From NCBI RefSeq assembly GCF_000619845.1, contig NZ_JHUX01000003.1, forward strand, positions 1,210,064 to 1,242,063: 32,000 nucleotides of DNA, given 5' to 3'. The notes below the pieces were generated by a model. That model saw nothing but the letters and a program-made list of their open reading frames with translations, did no database searches and was not told where the DNA came from. This DNA is from Alkanindiges illinoisensis DSM 15370. GTDB lineage: Bacteria > Pseudomonadota > Gammaproteobacteria > Pseudomonadales > Moraxellaceae. Position 1 is the first letter of the stretch, and each line of letters begins with the position of its first letter. Both the position numbers and the translations under genes were made by a program. Shown here piece after piece: positions 11,018-19,952 of the stretch.

Positions 11018-11030
11018 GTATTCCAAACTT

Positions 11031-12650
11031 TTAGACAAACCGTAAAAACAGCCAGTACAAGCCACCCGACAGGGCCACTGTTGCTGGCAGGGTGAGCACC
11101 CATGCTGACAAAATGGTACGAATGGTTGACCACTGTAAACCGGATTTATTGGCTGCCATGGTTCCCGCAACCGCACTGTTGAGCACATGAGTTGTACTGA
11201 CGGGCATGCCCAGGCGATCAGCAATACCAATAGTTGTCATGGCAACCAGCTCAGCCGCCATACCCTGCCCGTAGGTCATATGTGATTTGCCAATGCGCTC
11301 GCCCACAGTCACCACAATACGCTTCCAGCCCACCATCGTACCCAGACCCAGCGCTAGCGCCACGGCCACTTTAACCCAGGTTGGAATATACTGGGTGACC
11401 TGATCCAGCCCCTTGCGGTAGCTCTCCACAACCTTGCTGTCAGACTCGGCAAGTGTTGGCATAGCCTTGTCTTTATCCAGTCGCTTGAGCGCAGCACTGC
11501 TCAGATACATATCATTGCGCAAGGTAGCCACTGCATTGGCGGGTACATTGTTCAGGTTTTTATAAGTTGCGACTTCTTCACTGATATGCTGCGATAACAC
11601 TGCCACAGCAGGCATTACATCTGCATTAACCTGACGATCCTGAATATAATGGGTTAAGGTAGCGCGTGCTGCGGTTTCCGTCATGCTTGACGCTTTGGGT
11701 GCAAGTACCTGTGCCGCTTGTTCAGACACCACCACAAAGGATTGTACCTGCGAGGCATCCAGTGTTTTGTTCAGGGAATACGCCAAGGGTGCAATGCCAA
11801 TTAAAATCAGCATAATCAGGCCCATGCCTTTTTGCCCATCGTTGGAACCATGTGCAAAGCTAACGCCGGTACAGGTAAAAATCAGCATGGCCCGGATGCC
11901 TAGTGGCGGTGGCTCATTACCGACTGGCGGTTTGAACAGCTCAAGACGCTTTTTAAAGATAAATTTTAATAGCAGGAACACTACTGCTGCAAACACAAAA
12001 CCAATCATGGGCGAAAACAGCAAGGCTTTACCGACCTTGATCACCTGTTCAATATCAACGCCGCTGGTGCCATGTGCTGAATTAAGCAACTGGTTCATCA
12101 GCCCTACACCAATAATCGAACCTACCATGGTGTGTGAACTGGACGCTGGAATACCAAAATACCAGGTGCCCAGATTCCATGTAATGGCTGCAATCAGCAA
12201 GGCAAATACCATTGCGAAACCCGCGCCACTGCTGACATTTAAGATCAGCTCAACCGGAAGCAAAGCCAAAATGCCATAGGCCACCGCTCCACTGGCAAAC
12301 AGCACACCCAGAAAATTAAACAATCCAGCCCACATCACCGCCACATGCGCCGGCATAGCGTTGGTATAAATCACGGTGGCTACCGCATTGGCCGTATCGT
12401 GAAAGCCATTCACAAACTCAAAGCCCAGCGCAATGATTAATGCAACCGCCAGTAAGGCAAATGAAAATAATGCCATCTGGGGAATCTGGGATAAATCAGC
12501 AAATAATTGCGTGGCAATATAAATCAGCGCCACAGCAATAATACCGAGGAACGCCGGCTTAAAAAACTTGGGTGGTGGCGTATCAACATTGCTTGAATTC
12601 AGGCTTGCTGCTGGGGCCAGAGGCTGCCCTTGCGATTCTGGTTTGTGCAT
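11031..12650 (-). CDS. pitA: inorganic phosphate transporter, PiT (PHO4) family
   Basis: Both PiT signature repeats are present (GFHDTANAVAT and AHGSNDGQKGMG), and the protein is polytopic. I prefer the start at ATG 12650, because the track GTG at 12695 lies inside the Pho-box repeat. The start is still uncertain. Confidence 0.85.
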   Translation of the reverse strand: MHKPESQGQPLAPAASLNSSNVDTPPPKFFKPAFLGIIAVALIYIATQLFADLSQIPQMALFSFALLAVALIIALGFEFVNGFHDTANAVATVIYTNAMPAHVAVMWAGLFNFLGVLFASGAVAYGILALLPVELILNVSSGAGFAMVFALLIAAITWNLGTWYFGIPASSSHTMVGSIIGVGLMNQLLNSAHGTSGVDIEQVIKVGKALLFSPMIGFVFAAVVFLLLKFIFKKRLELFKPPVGNEPPPLGIRAMLIFTCTGVSFAHGSNDGQKGMGLIMLILIGIAPLAYSLNKTLDASQVQSFVVVSEQAAQVLAPKASSMTETAARATLTHYIQDRQVNADVMPAVAVLSQHISEEVATYKNLNNVPANAVATLRNDMYLSSAALKRLDKDKAMPTLAESDSKVVESYRKGLDQVTQYIPTWVKVAVALALGLGTMVGWKRIVVTVGERIGKSHMTYGQGMAAELVAMTTIGIADRLGMPVSTTHVLNSAVAGTMAANKSGLQWSTIRTILSAWVLTLPATVALSGGLYWLFLRFV

Positions 12651-12688
12651 AGAAACGAAACTAATAACCGTTTGATTGTGTCTATTTT

Positions 12689-12717
12689 GTGACACTTATA
12701 TGACATTTACATGACAA
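12689..12717 (-). promoter_or_regulatory. Pho box (three 7-bp direct repeats at 11-bp spacing), predicted PhoB site
   Basis: The minus strand reads TTGTCAT-GTAA-ATGTCAT-ATAA-GTGTCAC. This matches the CTGTCAT-N4-CTGTCAT consensus architecture, 40 nt upstream of the preferred pit start. Confidence 0.6.
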
Positions 12718-12839
12718 ATGCTGTAATTTCCGGATTTCCCCGATCAATTGACTGGTTTTTAAACATGAAAATAGCCTGTTAATGCCATTTTGACCACTTG
12801 TTGTTATGATTCCGCTGAGCCTGATCACTGAGTAATACA

Positions 12840-13487
12840 ATGTCTTCTTCGCAAAACTGGCGTGCTAATCCGGCAAACAATTACCATGGGCCAAAAATTG
12901 CGCTGATTCATGGGTTGCTGGCTGGCAGCCACATGCAGCGTCATTTATTGCAGTTTTTGCGCGAAGCCGGTTATCAGGATACATCCTTGTATAGCAATCA
13001 CCAGCGTCCAGCAGCTGTAGCCCGGGATCTCATTGAAGCTGGCAAGGCAGGTCGCCCCATTGTACTGATTGGCTATAGTCAGGGTGGCAGTCAGGTCATT
13101 AAGGTCGCCAGGATACTACAAAAACATGGCATACAATGTGACCTAGTGGTGTCACTGGCGGCAGGTGGATTGGGGCGGTTGTATCCGGCACAGTGGGGCT
13201 TTAACGTGCGCCAGATTCCAGCCAACATTAAACGCTACCTGAATTATTTTGCTGCGGTTGACCGCTTGGGAACAGACCATCAATATCATCGTAATCTGGC
13301 TGTTGCACCGGGCTTTGATACCCATGTGGAAAATATTGCCTATCCAGCTGATGCCAATGTAGACCACCTGAGCATTGTGCGCTGCTATCCTTACGAGCAA
13401 GTGATTCCAGAGGTGCGCACCTTGTTTTTAGAGCGCCTGTTACAGGAACTTGCTGCCCTAAAATCTGTATCGCAGCCTGCCTTTTAA
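12840..13487 (+). CDS. small alpha/beta hydrolase, lipase/esterase-like
   Basis: HGLLAG oxyanion-type motif, nucleophile elbow GYSQGG, and a late VDHLSIV histidine. 215 aa. Confidence 0.5.
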   Translation: MSSSQNWRANPANNYHGPKIALIHGLLAGSHMQRHLLQFLREAGYQDTSLYSNHQRPAAVARDLIEAGKAGRPIVLIGYSQGGSQVIKVARILQKHGIQCDLVVSLAAGGLGRLYPAQWGFNVRQIPANIKRYLNYFAAVDRLGTDHQYHRNLAVAPGFDTHVENIAYPADANVDHLSIVRCYPYEQVIPEVRTLFLERLLQELAALKSVSQPAF

Positions 13488-13619
13488 AGCGGCTGGTCTG
13501 ATCCTGCCTCATATCCTGAGCGCAAATCTGCTAGAATATTCCCCTTTGCTTTAGCCTGCTTTGTTTTGCCCTGCTTTAGTTTCAATCTTAATTTGCCCTA
13601 GCCGCTGTCGGAGTTGTTG

Positions 13620-16600
13620 ATGTCCACGCTTGCCACCCTCAAAGAATTACTGGCCAAACGAATTTTAATTATCGATGGCGCAATGGGCACCATGATTCAG
13701 CGCCACAAACTTGAGGAAGCTGATTACCGGGGTGAGCGTTTTGCCAACTGGCCGCATGATGTCAAAGGCAACAATGACCTGCTGGTGCTCACCCAGCCCC
13801 AGATTATTCAGGGCATTCATGCGCAGTATCTGGAAGCAGGCGCCGATATTATTGAGACCAACACTTTTAATGGCACGCGCGTTTCCATGGCCGATTATCA
13901 CATGGAAGATCTGGTGCCAGAAATCAACCGCGAAGCGGCACGCCTGGCCCGTGAAGTCTGTGATGAATTTACCCGCAAGAATCCCGACAAGCCTCGTTTT
14001 GTTGCCGGTGTTTTAGGGCCAACCTCGCGCACCTGCTCTATTTCACCGGATGTGAACAACCCGGCTTTTCGGAATGTGACCTTTGATTTGCTGGTTGAAA
14101 ACTATGTGGAATCCACGCATGCCTTAATTGAAGGCGGTGCGGACATTATTCTGATTGAAACCGTATTTGATACCTTAAACTGTAAGGCTGCCATTTTTGC
14201 CGTGCAGCAAGTGTTTGAAGACATTGGCCGTGAACTGCCGCTGATGATTTCCGGCACCATTACCGATGCCTCTGGCCGTACCCTGTCTGGTCAGACTGCC
14301 GAAGCGTTCTGGAATTCGGTACGTCATGGCAACCTGTTGTCGATTGGCTTTAACTGTGCGCTGGGTGCAGATGCCATGCGTCCACACGTAAAAACCATTT
14401 CAGATAAAGCAGATATTTTTGTGTCGGCGCACCCGAATGCTGGCCTGCCCAATGCCTTTGGTGAATATGACGAAACCCCTGAGGAAACTGCGGAATTTTT
14501 GCGTGAATTTGCCCAAAGCGGCCTGATTAACATTACCGGCGGCTGCTGCGGCACCACGCCCGAACACATTGCTGCCATTTATCAGGCCGTAAAGGACATT
14601 ACACCGCGCCAGATTCCAGAGATTGCGCCAGCCTGCCGCTTGTCTGGTTTAGAGCCATTTAATATTGAAGCTGATTCGTTGTATGTCAACGTGGGGGAAC
14701 GCACCAACGTTACCGGTTCAAAAAAGTTTTTACGCCTGATTCGTGAAGAAAACTTTAACGAAGCACTGGATGTGGCACGCGAACAGGTTGAAGGCGGTGC
14801 ACAGGTCATTGACATTAACATGGACGAAGGCATGCTGGATTCGCAAGGCGCGATGGAGCACTTTTTAAAGCTGGTTGCCTCCGAGCCTGATATTTCCCGC
14901 GTACCCATTATGATTGACTCCTCAAAATGGGAAATCATTGAAGCCGGCTTAAAGTGCGTCCAGGGCAAGCCGATTGTCAACTCCATTAGCTTAAAAGAAG
15001 GCTATGACGAGTTTGTGCAAAAGGCCAAACTCTGCCGCCGTTATGGTGCTGCGATTATCGTGATGGCCTTTGATGAAGATGGTCAGGCCGATACTGCCGC
15101 GCGCAAAAAGGAAATCTGCAAGCGCTCATATGATGTGCTGGTGAATGATGTGGGCTTCCCTGCTGAAGATATTATTTTTGATCCCAACGTGTTTGCCGTG
15201 GCCACCGGGATCGAAGAACACAACAACTACGCGGTAGATTTTATTGAAGCCACGGGCTGGATCAAGCAAAACCTGCCACATGCCATGATTTCTGGCGGCG
15301 TGTCCAACGTGTCCTTCTCTTTCCGGGGCAATGAGCCGGTACGCGAAGCCATTCACGCCGTGTTTTTGTATTATGCTATTCAGCAAGGCATGACCATGGG
15401 GATTGTCAATGCCTCGCAACTGGCGATTTATGATGACATTCCTAAAGAATTAAAAGATGCGGTTGAAGACGTTATCCTAAATAAAAATCAGGGCGGCTCT
15501 TCATCAGAGGCAGGGGGTAATGAAGCCACTGAAAAACTGCTGGACATTGCCGAAAAATACCGTGGTGGTGGCTCTACCGCAGCTAAGCCGGTTGAAAATC
15601 TGGAATGGCGTAATGAAAGCGTGGAAAAACGGCTGGAATATGCGCTGGTTAAAGGCATTACCGCATTCATTGATGTCGATACCGAAGAAGCCCGCTTAAA
15701 ATCCAAGCGCCCGCTGGATGTGATTGAAGGCCCGCTCATGGACGGCATGAACGTGGTTGGCGATCTGTTTGGTGCCGGAAAAATGTTCCTGCCGCAAGTG
15801 GTGAAGTCCGCCCGTGTGATGAAGCAAGCCGTAGCATGGCTAAATCCGTACATTGAAGCCGAAAAAGAAGTCGGTAGCAGCAAAGGCAAAGTGCTGATGG
15901 CTACGGTCAAGGGCGACGTGCATGATATTGGCAAGAATATCGTGGGTGTGGTACTGGGCTGTAATGGCTATGACATTGTTGATATGGGCGTGATGGTGCC
16001 TGCCGAAAAAATCCTGCAAAAAGCCATTGATGAAAAAGTGGACATTATTGGTTTGTCTGGCCTGATTACCCCAAGCCTTGATGAAATGGTATTTGTGGCC
16101 AAGGAAATGCAGCGTCAAGGCTTTAAGATTCCACTACTCATTGGCGGTGCAACCACCTCCAAAGCGCACACAGCAGTTAAAATTGACCCGCAGTATCATA
16201 ATGATGGCGTCATTTACGTGGCCGATGCCTCACGTGCGGTGGGGGTCGCCACAACCTTGCTGTCACCAGAAATGAAGCCAGCCTTTATTGCACAAACCCG
16301 TGAGGATTATGAAAAAGTTCGTGAGCGGCTTGCTAATAAACAGCCCAAAGCCGCACGCTTGAGCTACAGTCAGGCCATCGACAATGGGCTAAAAATTGAC
16401 TGGCAGAATTACCGTCCGCCTGTACCAAACCAGCTAGGCACACAGGTTTTGCGTAATTATCCACTGGAAAAACTGGTGCCATATATTGACTGGACACCGT
16501 TTTTTATTTCATGGAGTCTGGCCGGCAAGTTCCCCAAAATCCTGGAAGATGAAGTGGTGGGTGAAGCCGCGCGTGACTTGTATGCGCAAGCACAGGCCAT

Positions 16601-17387
16601 GTTGAAAGATCTGGTGGATAACAATAGGCTGGATGCACGAGCCGTATTTACCCTAAAACCAGCGGCCCGAATTAGTGCAGATGATTTGGTAGTGTATGAC
16701 GATGAATCGCGCCAGAATGCCACGCATACCTTCCATCACCTGCGCCAGCAGACTGATAATGTAAACCGCAAGCCCAATCTATCACTAGCGGATTATATTG
16801 CGCCTGATGCTGGATATGCAAAGCACTGCTTTGCCCAGCAGCAAGACCGGAGCGATAGCGCAGGTGTAATTACTGCCCCACCTGATTATCTGGGCGGCTT
16901 TACCGTATCCATTTTTGGCGCTGAGGAAATGGCGGTTGACTACCGCGCCAAGGGTGATGATTACTCGGCCATTCTGGTGCAATCTCTGGCAGATCGTTTG
17001 GCAGAAGCCTTTACGGAGCATTTGCATGAGCGCGTGCGTAAGGAGTTCTGGGGTTATGTCAGCGACGAAGCACTGGACAATGACGCACTCATCAAGGAGC
17101 AATATGTGGGCATTCGTCCGGCTCCGGGTTATCCGGCCTGCCCTGAACATTCGGAAAAAGTAACGCTGTTTAATTGGCTAAATACCACTAATGCCATTGG
17201 CACACAACTCACTGAGCATTACGCCATGATGCCGCCCTCTTCGGTGAGTGGTTTTTTCTACTCTCACCCAGAGTCGGATTATTTTAATGTGGGCAAAATT
17301 GGCCGCGACCAGTTAGAGGATTATGCCAAGCGTAAGGGCTGGAGCATTGAACATGCGGAACGCTGGTTGGCACCGAATCTGGAGTGA
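13620..17387 (+). CDS. metH: cobalamin-dependent methionine synthase
   Basis: About 1255 aa with all four modules: the Hcy-binding [11 protein letters not shown], the pterin barrel, the B12-binding [10 protein letters not shown] (DxHxxG) and the C-terminal AdoMet reactivation domain ([12 protein letters not shown]). ATG at 13620 is 6 nt after GGAG. The two TTG codons upstream are used by the ORF track. Confidence 0.97.
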   Translation: MSTLATLKELLAKRILIIDGAMGTMIQRHKLEEADYRGERFANWPHDVKGNNDLLVLTQPQIIQGIHAQYLEAGADIIETNTFNGTRVSMADYHMEDLVPEINREAARLAREVCDEFTRKNPDKPRFVAGVLGPTSRTCSISPDVNNPAFRNVTFDLLVENYVESTHALIEGGADIILIETVFDTLNCKAAIFAVQQVFEDIGRELPLMISGTITDASGRTLSGQTAEAFWNSVRHGNLLSIGFNCALGADAMRPHVKTISDKADIFVSAHPNAGLPNAFGEYDETPEETAEFLREFAQSGLINITGGCCGTTPEHIAAIYQAVKDITPRQIPEIAPACRLSGLEPFNIEADSLYVNVGERTNVTGSKKFLRLIREENFNEALDVAREQVEGGAQVIDINMDEGMLDSQGAMEHFLKLVASEPDISRVPIMIDSSKWEIIEAGLKCVQGKPIVNSISLKEGYDEFVQKAKLCRRYGAAIIVMAFDEDGQADTAARKKEICKRSYDVLVNDVGFPAEDIIFDPNVFAVATGIEEHNNYAVDFIEATGWIKQNLPHAMISGGVSNVSFSFRGNEPVREAIHAVFLYYAIQQGMTMGIVNASQLAIYDDIPKELKDAVEDVILNKNQGGSSSEAGGNEATEKLLDIAEKYRGGGSTAAKPVENLEWRNESVEKRLEYALVKGITAFIDVDTEEARLKSKRPLDVIEGPLMDGMNVVGDLFGAGKMFLPQVVKSARVMKQAVAWLNPYIEAEKEVGSSKGKVLMATVKGDVHDIGKNIVGVVLGCNGYDIVDMGVMVPAEKILQKAIDEKVDIIGLSGLITPSLDEMVFVAKEMQRQGFKIPLLIGGATTSKAHTAVKIDPQYHNDGVIYVADASRAVGVATTLLSPEMKPAFIAQTREDYEKVRERLANKQPKAARLSYSQAIDNGLKIDWQNYRPPVPNQLGTQVLRNYPLEKLVPYIDWTPFFISWSLAGKFPKILEDEVVGEAARDLYAQAQAMLKDLVDNNRLDARAVFTLKPAARISADDLVVYDDESRQNATHTFHHLRQQTDNVNRKPNLSLADYIAPDAGYAKHCFAQQQDRSDSAGVITAPPDYLGGFTVSIFGAEEMAVDYRAKGDDYSAILVQSLADRLAEAFTEHLHERVRKEFWGYVSDEALDNDALIKEQYVGIRPAPGYPACPEHSEKVTLFNWLNTTNAIGTQLTEHYAMMPPSSVSGFFYSHPESDYFNVGKIGRDQLEDYAKRKGWSIEHAERWLAPNLE

Positions 17388-17425
17388 TTTACGTTATTCA
17401 ATAATGCATAGAAAATTATTCATTG

Positions 17426-17454
17426 TTGAATAATAAATCATCAAGCCCTATGAT
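17426..17454 (+). promoter_or_regulatory. predicted vapBC promoter
   Basis: TTGAAT (17426-17431), a 17-nt spacer, then TATGAT (17449-17454). Both hexamers sit inside inverted repeats. Confidence 0.45.
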
Positions 17455-17487
17455 AGATATGACTGGTCACTATCATAGGGCTTTTTT
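17444..17487 (+). terminator. metH terminator hairpin, possibly doubling as a VapB operator
   Basis: A 13-bp perfect stem, AGCCCTATGATAG (17444-17456) with CTATCATAGGGCT (17469-17481), is followed by T6 that runs directly into the vapB ATG (17488). Confidence 0.6.
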
Positions 17488-17721
17488 ATGGAACACGCCA
17501 AAATTTTCCAATCTGGCCGTAGTCAAGCCGTGCGTTTACCAAAGGCTTTTCGCTTTTCTGGTGAAGAAGTTGCCATTAAGCGCTTTGGCAACGGTGTGCT
17601 TTTATTACCAATTAACCAACCGTGGCAAATGCTGGAAGAATCATTAAATGAGTTTGAAAGTGGCTTTCAGTTAGAGCGTGAAGCACAGCAGGGTCAGGAA
17701 CGTGAGGAGTTAGATCCCTAA
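17488..17721 (+). CDS. vapB: type II antitoxin VapB (AbrB/SpoVT-type)
   Basis: The N-terminus [23 protein letters not shown] is the swapped-hairpin DNA-binding motif of the VapB/MvpA type. The stop overlaps the vapC start (TAATG). Confidence 0.9.
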   Translation: MEHAKIFQSGRSQAVRLPKAFRFSGEEVAIKRFGNGVLLLPINQPWQMLEESLNEFESGFQLEREAQQGQEREELDP

Positions 17722-18113
17722 TGCTGATGCTTGATACCAATATTTGTATTTATATCATTAATCATAAACCGCCACAGGTGATTGAACGATTCAAGCAATA
17801 TTCCCTTGGTGAAATTGTGATTTCCAGTATTACCGCCAGTGAATTAACATTTGGCGTAGAAAAAAGTGGTTCAGCTAAAAACAAGTTGGCTTTGCAAAAG
17901 TTCTTTGCACCACTCGAAATTTTACCTTTTGATGAGCATTGTATTTGGCATTACGCGACATTGCGCAATTATTTACAGCAGCAAGGCACACCAATTGGTT
18001 CATTAGATATGTTGATTGCAGCCCATGCCCTGTCAATTGACGCAATGCTGGTGACTAATAATGTGGCTGAATTTAGTAGAGTGAATGGGTTAAAGATTGA
18101 GAATTGGGTTTGA
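17721..18113 (+). CDS. vapC: type II toxin VapC, PIN-domain ribonuclease
   Basis: [14 protein letters not shown] (first PIN acidic residue), SSITASEL, DMLIAAHALS and VTNNVAEFSRV resemble the enteric VapC/MvpT clade that cleaves initiator tRNA. Confidence 0.9.
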   Translation: MLMLDTNICIYIINHKPPQVIERFKQYSLGEIVISSITASELTFGVEKSGSAKNKLALQKFFAPLEILPFDEHCIWHYATLRNYLQQQGTPIGSLDMLIAAHALSIDAMLVTNNVAEFSRVNGLKIENWV

Positions 18114-18198
18114 GTTTTCTTAAGCCTCTAGCTAGGCCCAATTAAGATGATTATATAAAACAAAGTAAATTTTTAATATTCGGAATAATTTTTATATT

Positions 18199-19341
18199 AT
18201 GAAAAACTATATTAGCTATTTACCATTTGAAAATATTAAAAATATTCCGTCCAAGCATATTTCTTCATATGAATACATATTTTTCTTGCATGACCAATGT
18301 GCAAAGCTTTTAATTGAATATGGCTCTAGTAATATTGATGAAGTTGGCTTAGATGAATTAATAGAAGCTTACTCTATAAATTTTAAGAATAATGATTTCG
18401 ATATTGTTGAGGTTCTACAATTTTTTAAGGAGAAAAGCATAGATGCACCATACTTTCACTTCTTATACTCAAAAATTTTATTAGGTTTAACAGGCGATTT
18501 ATTAAATTTTATTTACGAATCACTTAAGTGTTTTGAAAAAAGAAAGTTTTCAGTTGCATATAGTTTACTTAGAAAACCACTTAAAGAAAATCTTACTTTT
18601 ATATGTTGGTTATTCAATAATTACGAAAATTTTATAGAGAAATTTGAACAAGAGACAGATAAAACTTTAAATAAAATTCATGAGTCAACTATAAAATCTA
18701 TTATTTTAGAGACTATTAATAAACTTCCTTTACCTGAATTATTTGATGCAGAATTACTCTACAACATGATATTTTCAAAGCAGCATCTTTTTGGATTAGA
18801 GATTCCTTGTCAAAGAAGTACACACTTAATCACCTCACACGGTAGTCACCTTAAAACAGGTAAAATGTTTATAAACTCAATATTTGATAATCCAAATGAA
18901 ACTGGTCAATACCAACCACTATATATCTCACTTCCTTACATTATGCTTTTTACATCGCATGTCATTTTTGAAGCATTTAATAAAATTATCAGATTGAATA
19001 ATAAAACCCATCAGCATTTCACTCTGACTTCAATAGCAAGCTATGAAAATTTATACTCTGATGCAAGAAAAAGACCGTTAACTAAATGGTGCGGCAAAGC
19101 AATAAAAGAATTTTTAAAGTGTATATATTGCAATAAAACTATTAATCTAACAAAAGAAAATTCTTTAAGAATGTTTATGACAGATAAATTAATTTGCAAC
19201 CACTGTCATACTCATTTAGATTTTCCCTTTTATTGGTTACTTGCTCAGACTAAAATTTCAATTACTAGCACTAACTCAGATGATGACAGCGCATGGAAAG
19301 ATACTATTTTAGCACGCATGTTTAAATCCACAGAAATATAA
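18199..19341 (+). CDS. AT-rich orphan protein (380 aa) with a C-terminal CxxC-x21-CxxC zinc ribbon, function unknown
   Basis: A single long uninterrupted ORF lies in a stretch of roughly 23-30% G+C (sampled lines). No competing ORF exists on either strand. It is Lys/Asn/Ile/Phe-rich. The motif CIYC...CNHC is at 19120-19215. Confidence 0.7.
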   Translation: MKNYISYLPFENIKNIPSKHISSYEYIFFLHDQCAKLLIEYGSSNIDEVGLDELIEAYSINFKNNDFDIVEVLQFFKEKSIDAPYFHFLYSKILLGLTGDLLNFIYESLKCFEKRKFSVAYSLLRKPLKENLTFICWLFNNYENFIEKFEQETDKTLNKIHESTIKSIILETINKLPLPELFDAELLYNMIFSKQHLFGLEIPCQRSTHLITSHGSHLKTGKMFINSIFDNPNETGQYQPLYISLPYIMLFTSHVIFEAFNKIIRLNNKTHQHFTLTSIASYENLYSDARKRPLTKWCGKAIKEFLKCIYCNKTINLTKENSLRMFMTDKLICNHCHTHLDFPFYWLLAQTKISITSTNSDDDSAWKDTILARMFKSTEI

Positions 19342-19394
19342 TATATAAAGATATAACTATCATTTGTAGATCAAAAACTTATGAAGATAAATAA

Positions 19395-19874
19395 TTAAAT
19401 TCGCTCCACAAACAGCACCCCATTCAAATGATCGACCTCATGCTGCACAATGCGCGCAGGAAAACCCTCAAATGTGGTTTCAACCTGCTCACCTTGCAAG
19501 GTGAAATAACGCACCAGAATCCGTTGAGCACGCGCTACAGTCCCACGCTCATCCGGCACACTCAAGCAGCCTTCTTCGCCCAGACACGTCTCTTCTGAAA
19601 ATTCCAGAATTTCAGGATTCACCATGACCACCGCAGCCATGTCCGGTGCATCAGGATAACGCGGGTTTGGCCGGGACGCGACAATAATCACCCGCTTGGA
19701 TACATACACTTGCGGTGCTGCAATCCCAACTCCATTTCGCTCAAGCATGGTGGCCTGCATCGCTCGGGCCAGTTGCTCAAGCCACGGTGTATTAAACTCA
19801 CTGGTAGCAACAGGCGCAGCTTTTAGCGTCAGGATAATTTCGCCACGCTTTGCAACGGGTAAAATAGCGCTCAT
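19395..19874 (-). CDS. def: peptide deformylase
   Basis: All three PDF motifs are present: GIAAPQ, EGCLSVP and HEVDHLNG. Confidence 0.95.
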   Translation of the reverse strand: MSAILPVAKRGEIILTLKAAPVATSEFNTPWLEQLARAMQATMLERNGVGIAAPQVYVSKRVIIVASRPNPRYPDAPDMAAVVMVNPEILEFSEETCLGEEGCLSVPDERGTVARAQRILVRYFTLQGEQVETTFEGFPARIVQHEVDHLNGVLFVERI

Positions 19875-19920
19875 CTATTTTTTGACCTTTGTTTTAATTG
19901 CTAGTTTTCCAATCTCTAAA

Positions 19921-19946
19921 ACAAAAACTCCCCTTGCGGAGAGTCT
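19921..19946 (-). terminator. probable rho-independent terminator of the 19953..20450 gene
   Basis: On the minus strand, ACTCTCC-GCAA-GGGGAGT (one mismatch) is followed by TTTTTGTTTT. Confidence 0.5.
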
Positions 19947-19952
19947 TTATGT

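Noticed and set aside
11683-12279. A 198-aa ORF lies antisense to the PiT transporter.
   Set aside because: It is embedded in a strongly supported membrane-transporter gene. The product is Ser/Thr/Pro/Lys-rich noise, and there is no start context.
12693-12695. A GTG start codon is proposed by the ORF track for the phosphate transporter.
   Set aside because: It lies within the third repeat (GTGTCAC) of the Pho box, so it is almost certainly promoter DNA rather than coding sequence.
14582-15934. Several 97-148-aa minus-strand ORFs lie inside metH (14582..14986, 15126..15419, 15488..15934).
   Set aside because: metH is continuous and conserved across this span. The antisense ORFs are Ser/Pro/Arg-rich, as expected from reverse-frame translation.
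17423-17647. A 74-aa ORF overlaps vapB in another frame.
   Set aside because: It starts inside the promoter and hairpin region, and the vapB frame has the clear AbrB-type antitoxin motif. The ORF is spurious.
17388-19394. I searched for flanking direct repeats, an integrase or IS ends that would define the vapBC plus orphan island as a mobile element.
   Set aside because: No recombinase or transposase gene is present, and I could not find a convincing target-site duplication or terminal inverted repeat by eye. Only trivial AT-rich matches such as ATAAAT turned up. Island status rests on composition and context only.
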